Source: a virus. Taken from it: 64,000 nucleotides of DNA. The notes under the pieces were generated by a model, which worked only from the letters and a program-made list of their open reading frames with translations, did not search any database and was not told the origin of the DNA. Of the stretch, positions 16,697 to 24,760 are shown one piece after another; positions within the stretch are counted from its first letter, which is position 1, and the number at the start of each line of letters is the position of its first letter. The stretch lies in the IMG/VR virus record IMGVR_UViG_3300025133_005514, positions 9,075 to 73,074 of that record, one strand, 5' to 3'. A program made the position numbers and the translations under genes.

Positions 16697-16948
16697 TCAG
16701 AGGTCCTCGTGTTCGAACGGGTCCACCTCGGCAGCCGTAGCCTCAGTCGGTACGGGGGCGGGCTCCAACCATCGGGCGAGCCGCTCCGTGCATTTGGCGC
16801 ACAGGTCAACGCGGATGGTTTCGGGAGCTATGTCGCCCCTGTGGTCGCCGCGCATCACCGGAAGGTCCAGACACATCCACCCAGACCTGCGGTCCGGGGG
16901 GCTCTGCTGCGCTTCGCAGCGGTCGCATCGCAGAACTTGAATCCTCAT
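16697..16948 (-). CDS. Small Zn-finger hypothetical protein
   Basis: CDRC...DLCAKC. ATGA overlap with ruvC. Confidence 0.65.
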   Translation of the reverse strand: MRIQVLRCDRCEAQQSPPDRRSGWMCLDLPVMRGDHRGDIAPETIRVDLCAKCTERLARWLEPAPVPTEATAAEVDPFEHEDL

Positions 16949-17406
16949 CCCACCAATTCCTCTCGCAAGTGCTCCGCAATCCACAGAGCGTCAGCCTCGT
17001 TGTCGTCGGATGGGTCCACACCCCATCGCTCTTTTGCGGCTTCAATCATCCGCTCCTTGTTGGCGTTGCCCTTGCCGGTAGCCAGCTTCTTCACCGAGCC
17101 GACGGGGCGGGCGGAGTACGCCTGCTCTCTGGCCTCGCACGCGCTGGTGATGACGGCGACGATCCCGCCATAGACGTGCGCTGCTGAGGTGCCCGCGTGT
17201 CGCCTGATCTCCTCGTAACCGACGACGGCGTCGGGGTAGGCGTCCAGAAGTTCGCTGAGGTAGCGGCGGGCGCGCAGGTAGCGCATTCCGCCACCCTCGT
17301 GCCGCCTGGACGACAGGTCCCACACGCCAGAGCCCAGCCTAGCTCCAGCCTTGCCGAGCACGGCCCAGCCGCACTTGGTGCCTGGGTCGATGCCGATGAC
17401 GATCAC
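16945..17406 (-). CDS. ruvC: RuvC-like Holliday junction resolvase
   Basis: 'IVIGIDPGTKCGWAV', 'YEE', 'VKKLATGKGNANKERM', 'DDNEADALWI'. Confidence 0.9.
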   Translation of the reverse strand: MIVIGIDPGTKCGWAVLGKAGARLGSGVWDLSSRRHEGGGMRYLRARRYLSELLDAYPDAVVGYEEIRRHAGTSAAHVYGGIVAVITSACEAREQAYSARPVGSVKKLATGKGNANKERMIEAAKERWGVDPSDDNEADALWIAEHLREELVG

Positions 17407-17476
17407 GGCGCCGCCCACGCCTGCCGCACGAGCGCCAGAAGGCACCCGAGGGTCGCGGGGTCTGAGAGGTCGGGGG

Positions 17477-17674
17477 TCATGACAGAGCCTTCCTAGTAGC
17501 AATGCGGCAGCGCCGGCAGCTGACTTCGTCCTTCGTCTCTGTGTCTGCCATGGCTCCCTTGTGGACAACGTCCAGACCGCAAGCTGTCTTGAACAGTCCC
17601 AACCTGCCAGAGGTGGCGAGGTGGACCTTCTTGCGGCCGTGGAAGCGGTAGCGGCGGGGCTTGAGGAGGCTCAC
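17477..17674 (-). CDS. Small Cys/His Zn-binding protein
   Basis: H..TACG..VSCRRC. Overlapping start/stop with neighbours. Confidence 0.55.
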   Translation of the reverse strand: MSLLKPRRYRFHGRKKVHLATSGRLGLFKTACGLDVVHKGAMADTETKDEVSCRRCRIATRKALS

Positions 17675-17841
17675 GGGACTGCCTCAATCCGATCACATCG
17701 GTAGGAGGCGTCGTCCAAAACCACCTTCCCCAAGAGGTCGCAGTCCTTTTTGGTAGCACTGTGGGCTGCGTCTACTCCGGCCCCAATGCCCAGCGCGGCC
17801 ATCAGAAGACCCACCAGCGAAAGCAGGACGATGTCGTTCAC
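17671..17841 (-). CDS. Small membrane protein
   Basis: Translated by hand: MNDIVLLSLVGLLMAALGIGAGV...; GTGA overlaps at both ends. Confidence 0.5.
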   Translation of the reverse strand: MNDIVLLSLVGLLMAALGIGAGVDAAHSATKKDCDLLGKVVLDDASYRCDRIEAVP

Positions 17842-18104
17842 GCCACCCCCCTAGCGCCGCCCAACACCGGGGTCAGACCGATGTCAGGCGGCTTGCCGGA
17901 CCCGGCGCGGTCCGACGTTTCTAGGCGGTAGACGGCGACGCCATCCTCGTAGGTCTTGCTGACGTCCCAGCCGGCGTAGCGGATGTACTTCAGGTGGCGG
18001 CTCACAGCGCGGTCGCTCAGCCCGAGCACCTCCCGCATCGTGACCCTCGCGGCTCCGTTCTGGAGCATTCGGAGGATGTACAAGGTCTTCACGGTCGGGC
18101 TCAT
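17838..18104 (-). CDS. Winged-HTH DNA-binding protein
   Basis: 'MREVLGLSDRAVSRHLKYIRYAGWDV' (HTH_11-like). Confidence 0.75.
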   Translation of the reverse strand: MSPTVKTLYILRMLQNGAARVTMREVLGLSDRAVSRHLKYIRYAGWDVSKTYEDGVAVYRLETSDRAGSGKPPDIGLTPVLGGARGVA

Positions 18105-18319
18105 CGCTGCCTCCTGTGCCACATGGTTCGACCCTCCTTGAGCCGGTCCTTACCCTCCTTGGTCTGCGCCACACAGATGGGGCAAGGGAAGGTGAGGCGG
18201 TGGGACTGGCACTGCTTGGTGCGAATCTCTTCGCACTGCCGGCAGACGCCGTGCTGCCCCAGGGGCAGGCAGCAGTCGGGCTCGGGACAGAGTTTCCTAT
18301 CGCGGGCTTCGAACTTCAT
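18101..18319 (-). CDS. Cys-rich small protein
   Basis: Eight Cys in 72 aa. ATGA overlaps. Confidence 0.5.
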   Translation of the reverse strand: MKFEARDRKLCPEPDCCLPLGQHGVCRQCEEIRTKQCQSHRLTFPCPICVAQTKEGKDRLKEGRTMWHRRQR

Positions 18320-18885
18320 CGCGGCACCACCTCCAGCCTGGCTTGTGAGCGAATCCCCCACATCTCTATTCCCCGCCTCCAGACAAACCAGGCGTAGTCG
18401 GTCGCGTCGGTCTTGCCGTCGCCGGTAAAGCTGGGCCTGCGAGCCATCACAATCACGCGCTCCAGTGCGGAGTCAGGACCCACAAGGTCAATGCGCTTGG
18501 TGCTGCTCCCGAGGAAGTTCAAGCGAAGCAGGGCACAAACCACCCCACCCACCTCAACCGCGTCCAGGGCCTTCCGCACGAATTCTGCGGCCATCTTGTA
18601 AGGGGGGTTCATCACCACCGCCGACTGGTCGCTGAGGTCCTGAACCAGGAAGTCTCCCGCCCTTGAGCAGATACCCGGGGACGCCGGAGGTGGTTCGGTG
18701 TCGTAGGCGTTCACGGCGTGACCGTGGTTGTTGAGAACCTTGGCGATTGCCAGAGTCCCACACCCTGCGTCCAGCACACAGTGCGGCAGATGCACCCTGG
18801 AGAGGAGCACTTCGGTACACCAGGCTGGTGTTTCAAAGAAGTCGCGGCCTTGGCCTCCGCGTGGATTACGACCTGCCGCGCTCAC
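18316..18885 (-). CDS. Amino (N6A/N4C) DNA methyltransferase
   Basis: 'DFFETPAW', SAM motif 'VLDAGCG', catalytic 'MNPPY', 'YAWFVW'. Confidence 0.85.
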   Translation of the reverse strand: MSAAGRNPRGGQGRDFFETPAWCTEVLLSRVHLPHCVLDAGCGTLAIAKVLNNHGHAVNAYDTEPPPASPGICSRAGDFLVQDLSDQSAVVMNPPYKMAAEFVRKALDAVEVGGVVCALLRLNFLGSSTKRIDLVGPDSALERVIVMARRPSFTGDGKTDATDYAWFVWRRGIEMWGIRSQARLEVVPR

Positions 18886-19067
18886 GGAGCCCCCGAATCT
18901 TTGCCAGGGCGTCCATCGCCCTACGGTTGGCTGCGGCCCAGTCCTTCACCAGCCGGTCCTCTGGTGGTGGCGGGGCCCCTGCGGCCACCTCCGTCGCGAT
19001 GACGGAGGCGAGCGCGCTGGCTTCGCTGGAGGCTCTGGCGTAGTTGTTGTAGTCGCCCAGGTCCGGC

Positions 19068-20114
19068 CTAGAAGTGGGGGGCATCGTCGTCCCCCAGCGG
19101 AGCGTCGTCCGGCGGCCCGTCACCACCGGGCGGCATCTCGGCCTGCTTCATCAGCCACTCCTCCATCTGCACGATGAGGTCGTTGCCCTCGTCCAGCTTG
19201 ATGGACGGAATGCGGCGGCGGCCCACCACGGCGTCCCAGGCGGCGCGGCGGTTGGACCGGTAGCCGTTGAGCTTGGCGTGGAGGGTGACGAGGCCGTTGC
19301 CGCTGGGCTCCGCGTCCACCTCGATGGGCTCGACGTCCATCACCTTGTCGGCCGGGTGTCCGGGGGCCAGCAGGCTGCTGCCAGCGGACGGCATGACTCG
19401 GCGGTCCTCCGACGTCAGCGCGGAGTTCAGGTCCTCCCCGCCCTCGGTGGCGATGGGGAGCATCTTGACCAGCCGGCGCACGGCCGTCTTCTTCGCCATC
19501 TCCGGGTAGTGGTCGCGCCAGGGGCCCCACTCTCCCTTGCTCTGCGTGTTCCGCATGATGCGGTTGACCTCGCCGACGCTCATGACGGTGAACTGGTAGC
19601 TCATGCCGTCCTTGAAGCGGGCGATGGCGTAGACGCGGGTGATGCGCCCCCGGTCCTCGTCGGTGGACGGGATGTGCTTCAGCTTCTCGTCCAGCCCCAA
19701 CTCGTACTCGAAGAAGTCCTTCTCGTACACGCACTCAGCCGTGAGGGTGGCCACCTCGCCGGCCCGCCGAACGAGGCTGATGAGCCCCCGGTAGCCGATG
19801 ATGAGGGTGCACTCGCTGACCCGCTTCTTCTTGTTGTAGTGCGGCACCAGGTACGCCTGACCCAGGGCTCCGCCGGACGGGTCGAGTCCGTACTTCGCGG
19901 CCTCCAGCACCGACAGCAGGAAGCTCTGCGGGTCGCACTCCTGAAGCTTGGGGTTCTGCTTCCAGCAGGCAACAGCGATGCGCTGGAGCTTGTCGGCGGT
20001 GAGGTGGCGCGTAGCGACCTCGGTGAGGGCGGTGGTGATCGCCGGGGACTTGATGCGCTCCAGGAGCGCCTGCTCGCGGTCCCGCTTGGCGGGGACTTGC
20101 ACTCGTTCAGCCAT
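19068..20114 (-). CDS. recT: RecT-family single-strand annealing protein
   Basis: 'NPKLQECDPQSF', 'LGQAYLVP', 'IIGYRGLISL', 'GPWRDHYPEMAKKTAVRRLVKMLP'. Confidence 0.95.
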   Translation of the reverse strand: MAERVQVPAKRDREQALLERIKSPAITTALTEVATRHLTADKLQRIAVACWKQNPKLQECDPQSFLLSVLEAAKYGLDPSGGALGQAYLVPHYNKKKRVSECTLIIGYRGLISLVRRAGEVATLTAECVYEKDFFEYELGLDEKLKHIPSTDEDRGRITRVYAIARFKDGMSYQFTVMSVGEVNRIMRNTQSKGEWGPWRDHYPEMAKKTAVRRLVKMLPIATEGGEDLNSALTSEDRRVMPSAGSSLLAPGHPADKVMDVEPIEVDAEPSGNGLVTLHAKLNGYRSNRRAAWDAVVGRRRIPSIKLDEGNDLIVQMEEWLMKQAEMPPGGDGPPDDAPLGDDDAPHF

Positions 20115-20116
20115 TT

Positions 20117-21250
20117 CTACTTCTCCTTGGGAAGGGTGATGAGATTCTGTCGGTCAACGTGCTTGAGGTGTTCTTCTGCGATTCCCTGAGCCTTGGGGGG
20201 TAGGGCCTCCAGCCATGCTGCGAGCCCGCCGGACTTCGGCCGCTTCGGCTCGAACGTCTCGGAGAAGTCGGCCCCCTCCTCCAGCGCTGCTGCGGCGATG
20301 GCCTGCCAGAGGTGGCCCCGGACCTCCTTGTCCACGTTCTTTCGGCTCCAGGTTCGGCCGGGGACGCGGTTCATGCCGAGGGTGGTTCCGTCCTCAAGCT
20401 CCAGAGGAGAGGTGCGCTCGCGGAGGCGGGCCATCAGGTCGTCCTTGGCCATGCTGGTCACGTGCTTGAGCAGCTGCCATCGGCGGTACAGGAGTTCGTC
20501 ATCCTGGGTGCCGTAGGTCATGTCACCAACCACCTCGGCCCCCTCCTGCGCCATGCAGTGGGTCCGGTACGGGCACCGCCCGCAGTGCTCGCCGGGGCGG
20601 AAGTCTCGCCCCAACTCCTCGTGCGGCACCTTGTCCCGCTGCACGCAGGCGGCAAACAGCGCCTGGGCCCTCTTGTGGAACCAGTCGGCCGGCTTCGCAA
20701 TCTGCTGCCCGACCTTGAACCGGAGGTTCCAGTAGGTGAACACAACCTTGCCCACGGTCAGGTACTGGGCAACGGCCGAGCCGTAGGAGATAGCCTGAGG
20801 CTCGTTGTCCAGGTTGTTGTCGCTGGTCAGGCCCTGGGCCGTCTTCCAGTCGTCCACCATGGCGACACCCATGTCCGACCTGAAGCCGTCCGGGGTCACC
20901 GAGTAGTAGGTGCCGCTGGTGGGCTCCTCCTCGGTCCAATCCTCCACGACGCCCTTGTTGCCGATGCGGCCGTAGAGGGTTCGCTCGATGAAGTCGTTGT
21001 GGATACCGAGCAGCCCCATGTCGGCCGCGTTCTCGTACAGCTTCTCGCTGTCCCGCAACTCCACCACGGACAGGGAGGAGGGCGGCTCCGGCTGGTCGAT
21101 ACCCAACCCGTTCGCCTCCACCTTGTGGTGGACGTGTCGGCCTACCCCGTACCCAGACCAGTCGTCCGAGGGCTTGAGGCCGAGCCTCTGCCACAGGGAG
21201 CTTCGGGGGCACAGAGAGTCCCACTTCACAGTTGTGCTTCGCCACCTCAC
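20117..21250 (-). CDS. PD-(D/E)XK exonuclease, Cas4/AddB-like with Fe-S cysteines (RecT partner)
   Basis: 'PDG..DDWKT..Q.ISY'. N-terminal LCP and C-terminal CGRCPYRTHC. GTG start overlaps upstream stop. Confidence 0.8.
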   Translation of the reverse strand: MRWRSTTVKWDSLCPRSSLWQRLGLKPSDDWSGYGVGRHVHHKVEANGLGIDQPEPPSSLSVVELRDSEKLYENAADMGLLGIHNDFIERTLYGRIGNKGVVEDWTEEEPTSGTYYSVTPDGFRSDMGVAMVDDWKTAQGLTSDNNLDNEPQAISYGSAVAQYLTVGKVVFTYWNLRFKVGQQIAKPADWFHKRAQALFAACVQRDKVPHEELGRDFRPGEHCGRCPYRTHCMAQEGAEVVGDMTYGTQDDELLYRRWQLLKHVTSMAKDDLMARLRERTSPLELEDGTTLGMNRVPGRTWSRKNVDKEVRGHLWQAIAAAALEEGADFSETFEPKRPKSGGLAAWLEALPPKAQGIAEEHLKHVDRQNLITLPKEK

Positions 21251-21486
21251 TGAACCAACCCCACTACCTTCTCTACGAAGTCTGCAATCTTCATGTCGCC
21301 TCGTTCGATGTGGTTCCATTTGCCCTTGCCGTGAGGGCGGTAGGAAGCGCTCTCGTCGGCCACCACGGCCACGCGCTCGTTGTCGCTGTAGCGCTTGATG
21401 ATGGTCGTCGGCCCCTCGGCCAGAGCCCAGAACTTGTTCGGGATGACGTCCTCGACGTAGACGTATGTGCGTCCGCCAGCCATCAC
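21247..21486 (-). CDS. Hypothetical protein
   Basis: GGAG RBS, coupled to neighbours. Confidence 0.55.
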   Translation of the reverse strand: MMAGGRTYVYVEDVIPNKFWALAEGPTTIIKRYSDNERVAVVADESASYRPHGKGKWNHIERGDMKIADFVEKVVGLVQ

Positions 21487-21656
21487 TCCTCCCTCATTCG
21501 TTCGGCGAATCGGCGCAGTTGGTCGTATCCGTCAAGGAGGTCGCGCAGGGCGCGTTCCAGCGAGTGGCCGAAGTTGTGGATTCCCCAGCCCCGCTGCTCC
21601 AGCAGGAGCAATGCGGCCAACACGTCCTCCTCCTCGGGAGGCGGCGCGGGCATCAT
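21483..21656 (-). CDS. Small hypothetical protein
   Basis: ATGA coupling to the exonuclease stop. Confidence 0.45.
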   Translation of the reverse strand: MMPAPPPEEEDVLAALLLLEQRGWGIHNFGHSLERALRDLLDGYDQLRRFAERMREE

Positions 21657-22291
21657 GGGGTCCACCCGTTGCGCTCGGCTTCGATAGCGACCGCAACCAT
21701 GGCCTCCTGGAGAGCGTCCTCCTGGGCTCGGTGAGCCTGGGAACCCCAGCGAATCTCGTGCCCCCTGCCGTTGAGGTAGGAGATGGTCTCCGTGAGAGAC
21801 GGCCACTTCCATTCCGCACCCTTCGCCTTGGCCCACTCAGGCGCGGGGGGCAGAGCGCCGGCCGGTCCCATGATTCCCATCGCGGCCTCCATGATGCACT
21901 CACCCGGGACGGTTTTCGTCCTGTCGAAAATGTCCCACGGGGAGGCTCCGAGGAAGCGGAAGTCGAAGGCTTGATTGAAGGCCCGAAGCTTCAGGTCGCC
22001 GCCGTAGCGGACCGCGATGCGCTCGACCCATTCAGCCAACCGTTCGGCTGCGGCCTCCTCTTCCAAGCCCTCCTCAAGGACCTGCTCCCGGCTGATGCCG
22101 GTGATTTCGAAGGCTCGCTTGGCCTTGGGGTCGTATAGGACGTCCTTGTCGTGCTTCACGAAGAAGCCGATGGGGTTCTTGACGAGCCCCTCCCCAGTAA
22201 CAACGACGGCTCCCACCTCGACAATCACAGGCTCGTAGCCGCTCTTGGGGAGACCTGTTGTTTCGGTATCGATACAGACGAACGGAATCAT
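21653..22291 (-). CDS. DEDDh 3'-5' exonuclease (DnaQ-like)
   Basis: 'IDTETTGL', 'AFNQAFDFRFL', 'AHRAQEDA'. Confidence 0.92.
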   Translation of the reverse strand: MIPFVCIDTETTGLPKSGYEPVIVEVGAVVVTGEGLVKNPIGFFVKHDKDVLYDPKAKRAFEITGISREQVLEEGLEEEAAAERLAEWVERIAVRYGGDLKLRAFNQAFDFRFLGASPWDIFDRTKTVPGECIMEAAMGIMGPAGALPPAPEWAKAKGAEWKWPSLTETISYLNGRGHEIRWGSQAHRAQEDALQEAMVAVAIEAERNGWTP

Positions 22292-23100
22292 TCTTTCTCC
22301 CGGGTTGCGAGCGGGTGCCTAAGGGCTTCTTCTGCCTCGTGGGGCGAAATAGCTGGCCCCGACACTCGGGCCCTCCACGTCCTCCCCTGCTTAACGTCTC
22401 GGATGGTTCTTTCTGAGACACCCATCCGGCGGGCGAGAGCATTGTTTGGCTCTCCTGAGCTTCTTATTTCACTCACAGCCTTCCAGGCAAGCTTGGCCGT
22501 ACCCCTGTGGTGGCCTCGGTTTCTGATCATGTCTGCCATATTTTCGGCCTGGGTTCCCCATCGGAGGTTTTCGACACTGTTGTTCAACGGGTCATCATCC
22601 CAGTGGCGGGCGACGTACCCCTCTGGCCTGGGGCCAACGAACACGTTAAGGACCGCGATGTGAGACCTGAGATACGCGCTCTTAATGCGTCTGCCATGCA
22701 CAACCACGGCCAGTCCAACCCCGGGGTAGCGCCCGCGAAGAGAAAGCTTGCGTACCACCCCCCTTGTCATCCTGGTTCGCTCTCCAGATTTGTGGTGGAC
22801 GAACCTAACCCGCCTGGGAAGCGACTTGAACCGCCCAAGGTCCGAGACCTCGTACACCCCCAGAAAGCCAGGCACAGGTCGCCACCTCTCTCGCTCCTCC
22901 GCCCGCTCGTAACACGCGAGGCAGAGCCCTTGCAGCGGCCGGCAAAGCGGGCTGTGGTTGATTGGATCTTCCTCGTTAGGTTGGCCGCAGGTTTTACAGG
23001 ACGGGGTACCCTCTACCGTGGGCATAGCGAACCTCCTTTGTTCGTCGCCTGCGCGCTGGACCTGGTCGTACAGCGGCGCGGGGTGTCCACACAAAATCAT
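22288..23100 (-). CDS. NUMOD4-HNH endonuclease with N-terminal Zn finger and C-terminal HTH
   Basis: 'ERWRPVPGFLGVYEVSDLGR', 'RHWDDDPLNNSVENLRWGTQAEN', 'ALARRMGVSERTIRDVK'. Confidence 0.88.
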   Translation of the reverse strand: MILCGHPAPLYDQVQRAGDEQRRFAMPTVEGTPSCKTCGQPNEEDPINHSPLCRPLQGLCLACYERAEERERWRPVPGFLGVYEVSDLGRFKSLPRRVRFVHHKSGERTRMTRGVVRKLSLRGRYPGVGLAVVVHGRRIKSAYLRSHIAVLNVFVGPRPEGYVARHWDDDPLNNSVENLRWGTQAENMADMIRNRGHHRGTAKLAWKAVSEIRSSGEPNNALARRMGVSERTIRDVKQGRTWRARVSGPAISPHEAEEALRHPLATREKE

Positions 23101-23101
23101 G

Positions 23102-23362
23102 TCACTTCCCCTCTGTCCACCTAAACCAGCACGGGGCGCAAAACGGAACGTCGGCCAGGTGTGGGAAGCCCAGGTGTCGCTGCCTGATGGCTGCGGGGGC
23201 TGAGCACAGGTGGCACAAGATTTCCCCGTACTCGTTCAACTCCTGGACCGCCATGCGGACGTGCTCCTGCGGCCAACGCGGGTGTGGACCCGTGATTGAC
23301 GCGCTTACACGCGGGGGCGCTGGGGGCGTGTGGGTGCCGGACTTCGTCGTCATGTGCTCCAC
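23102..23362 (-). CDS. Small Zn-binding hypothetical protein
   Basis: CHLC...CAPC. First gene after the promoter at 23375-23403. Confidence 0.5.
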   Translation of the reverse strand: MEHMTTKSGTHTPPAPPRVSASITGPHPRWPQEHVRMAVQELNEYGEILCHLCSAPAAIRQRHLGFPHLADVPFCAPCWFRWTEGK

Positions 23363-23374
23363 CTTTCGTCAGCT

Positions 23375-23403
23375 AAGTTACAGGGCGGTTAACCCGGTTG
23401 CAA
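23375..23403 (-). promoter_or_regulatory. Leftward promoter (recombination operon)
   Basis: Minus strand TTGCAA-17 nt-TAACTT. Confidence 0.65.
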
Positions 23404-23421
23404 GCCTCGTGGTTGAATTTG

Positions 23422-23430
23422 TGGTAGAAT
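23422..23430 (+). promoter_or_regulatory. Rightward extended -10 promoter (replication operon)
   Basis: TGgTAGAAT in an AT-rich divergent intergenic region. Confidence 0.65.
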
Positions 23431-23504
23431 TAGTTTGCAAACGCTGGACGCGAAGCCTTTTTTAATTTGCGGTTGCTCGGAGGCTTGTGTGGGCGTAGCT
23501 TGCA

Positions 23505-23612
23505 CGGGCTGTTGCGAAAGCGACGGCTCGGCCCGCCTGGGTTTCTGCTCTGCCCTCGCCCCCTCCCAGGGGGGCGGGGCTACGCGGAAAAAGCGGGAAG
23601 CAGAAACGGCGG
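23505..23612 (+). ncRNA. Structured 5' leader (or small RNA) upstream of replication initiator
   Basis: 11-bp stem with 3 G-U pairs capped by GAAA (23505-23530). Three-way junction closed by 23533-49/23599-612. Confidence 0.5.
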
Positions 23613-23671
23613 AGACCTTCTCCACCGACCATGAATTCGGAAGCCGCCAAGCGGCAGTGGAGAAGTGCGCC

Positions 23672-24760
23672 ATGGGAAACGGCCGTTGGGTCAGACTCGA
23701 TTACACCTACTACACGGATGGGAAGCTCCAGAAAGCCGGATGGGAGGCTGTGGCCCTCTGGCCGGTTATTCTCGCCAGACTCGGCGAGGGCGAGGGAGTT
23801 AGGGAGGAGGACGACTTCGACCAGAACCTTCTCGCCAGGATTACCGGGTTCCCAGAGAAGCTGGTTAGCAAGGGCTTGGCTGGCCTGACGCGCGTCGGCC
23901 TGCTCGCACACGGCTCCATCCGTAAGCGCGGCGGAGCGGCTGGCGGACGCGAGGTTTCAGGGATTATCACCCCCGCGTGGCGTTCGTACCACCCCGGGGC
24001 CGGGAGCGTAAAAGTAGAGAACAGGGGCGACGTCAGCGTTTCGTCCAGCACGGTGCCTTTCGCGGGACGGGAACGCGGGACGGGAACGCGGGACGTTACG
24101 GACGATACGAACGTTACGGACGTTACGAAGGAACCTTCGGTTCTTGGTCCAGACGCTCTCCGAGCTATCCAGGACCAGGCGATTAAAGAACTCGTTGAGT
24201 TCATCATCGAGACGTGGTCAGACCGAACCCTCGGCAAGCCGGAGACCTTCGTGAAGTGGGTCCAGACCAACGCCCTGGCGAACCCCGGCGTAGACCTCCT
24301 GGCCGAAGCTCAGGCGGCGGCAGCCTGGGAACTCTCCAACCCCTCAAAGAAGAAGAAGCAGATCCGCCGGTTCTTGGGCAGCTGGTGGAGCAGGGCTCAG
24401 GACCGAGGTGGGAGCCGCCCACGGACCCAGCCGAAGGAGCAGCCCATCGAGATAAACCCGCACAGCGGACTCCCGGCCTTCAAACACCCCGACCCCAACA
24501 TCGCAACCCCGGTGAGCCGCCACCCTGATGGGGTCTGGTGCCCCAACGAGTCCGAGATGAAGCGGCACCAGCCGTGGCGGGAAGCGTTCCGTGGGGTGAT
24601 TGCCGAAGGGATGGCTAAGGGGAACGGGGACTTCGATGGCTACAACGACACCCAGTACATCGAAGCTCTGGGCAAGCTGAACGCTCGCCCGATGGCAAGG
24701 GAGCTTCGGTACGCCATCGATCACTTCATGACCGAGTACAAAGAGGAGGCCGGGCTGTGA
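23672..24760 (+). CDS. Replication initiator / replisome organiser
   Basis: 'WVRLDYTYYTDGKL' N-terminus, wHTH 'LARITGFPEKLVSKGLAGL', internal tandem repeats, directly upstream of primase-helicase. Confidence 0.7.
   Translation: MGNGRWVRLDYTYYTDGKLQKAGWEAVALWPVILARLGEGEGVREEDDFDQNLLARITGFPEKLVSKGLAGLTRVGLLAHGSIRKRGGAAGGREVSGIITPAWRSYHPGAGSVKVENRGDVSVSSSTVPFAGRERGTGTRDVTDDTNVTDVTKEPSVLGPDALRAIQDQAIKELVEFIIETWSDRTLGKPETFVKWVQTNALANPGVDLLAEAQAAAAWELSNPSKKKKQIRRFLGSWWSRAQDRGGSRPRTQPKEQPIEINPHSGLPAFKHPDPNIATPVSRHPDGVWCPNESEMKRHQPWREAFRGVIAEGMAKGNGDFDGYNDTQYIEALGKLNARPMARELRYAIDHFMTEYKEEAGL
24061..24130 (+). repeat. Tandem repeats inside initiator gene (candidate iterons/origin)
   Basis: CGCGGGACGGGAA x2.7, then 9-mers TTACGGACG/ATACGAACG/TTACGGACG/TTACGAAG. 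Confidence 0.7.

Noticed and set aside
20117-21250. Cas4 implying a CRISPR-associated system
   Set aside because: No array or other cas genes. Adjacency to recT indicates a recombination exonuclease.
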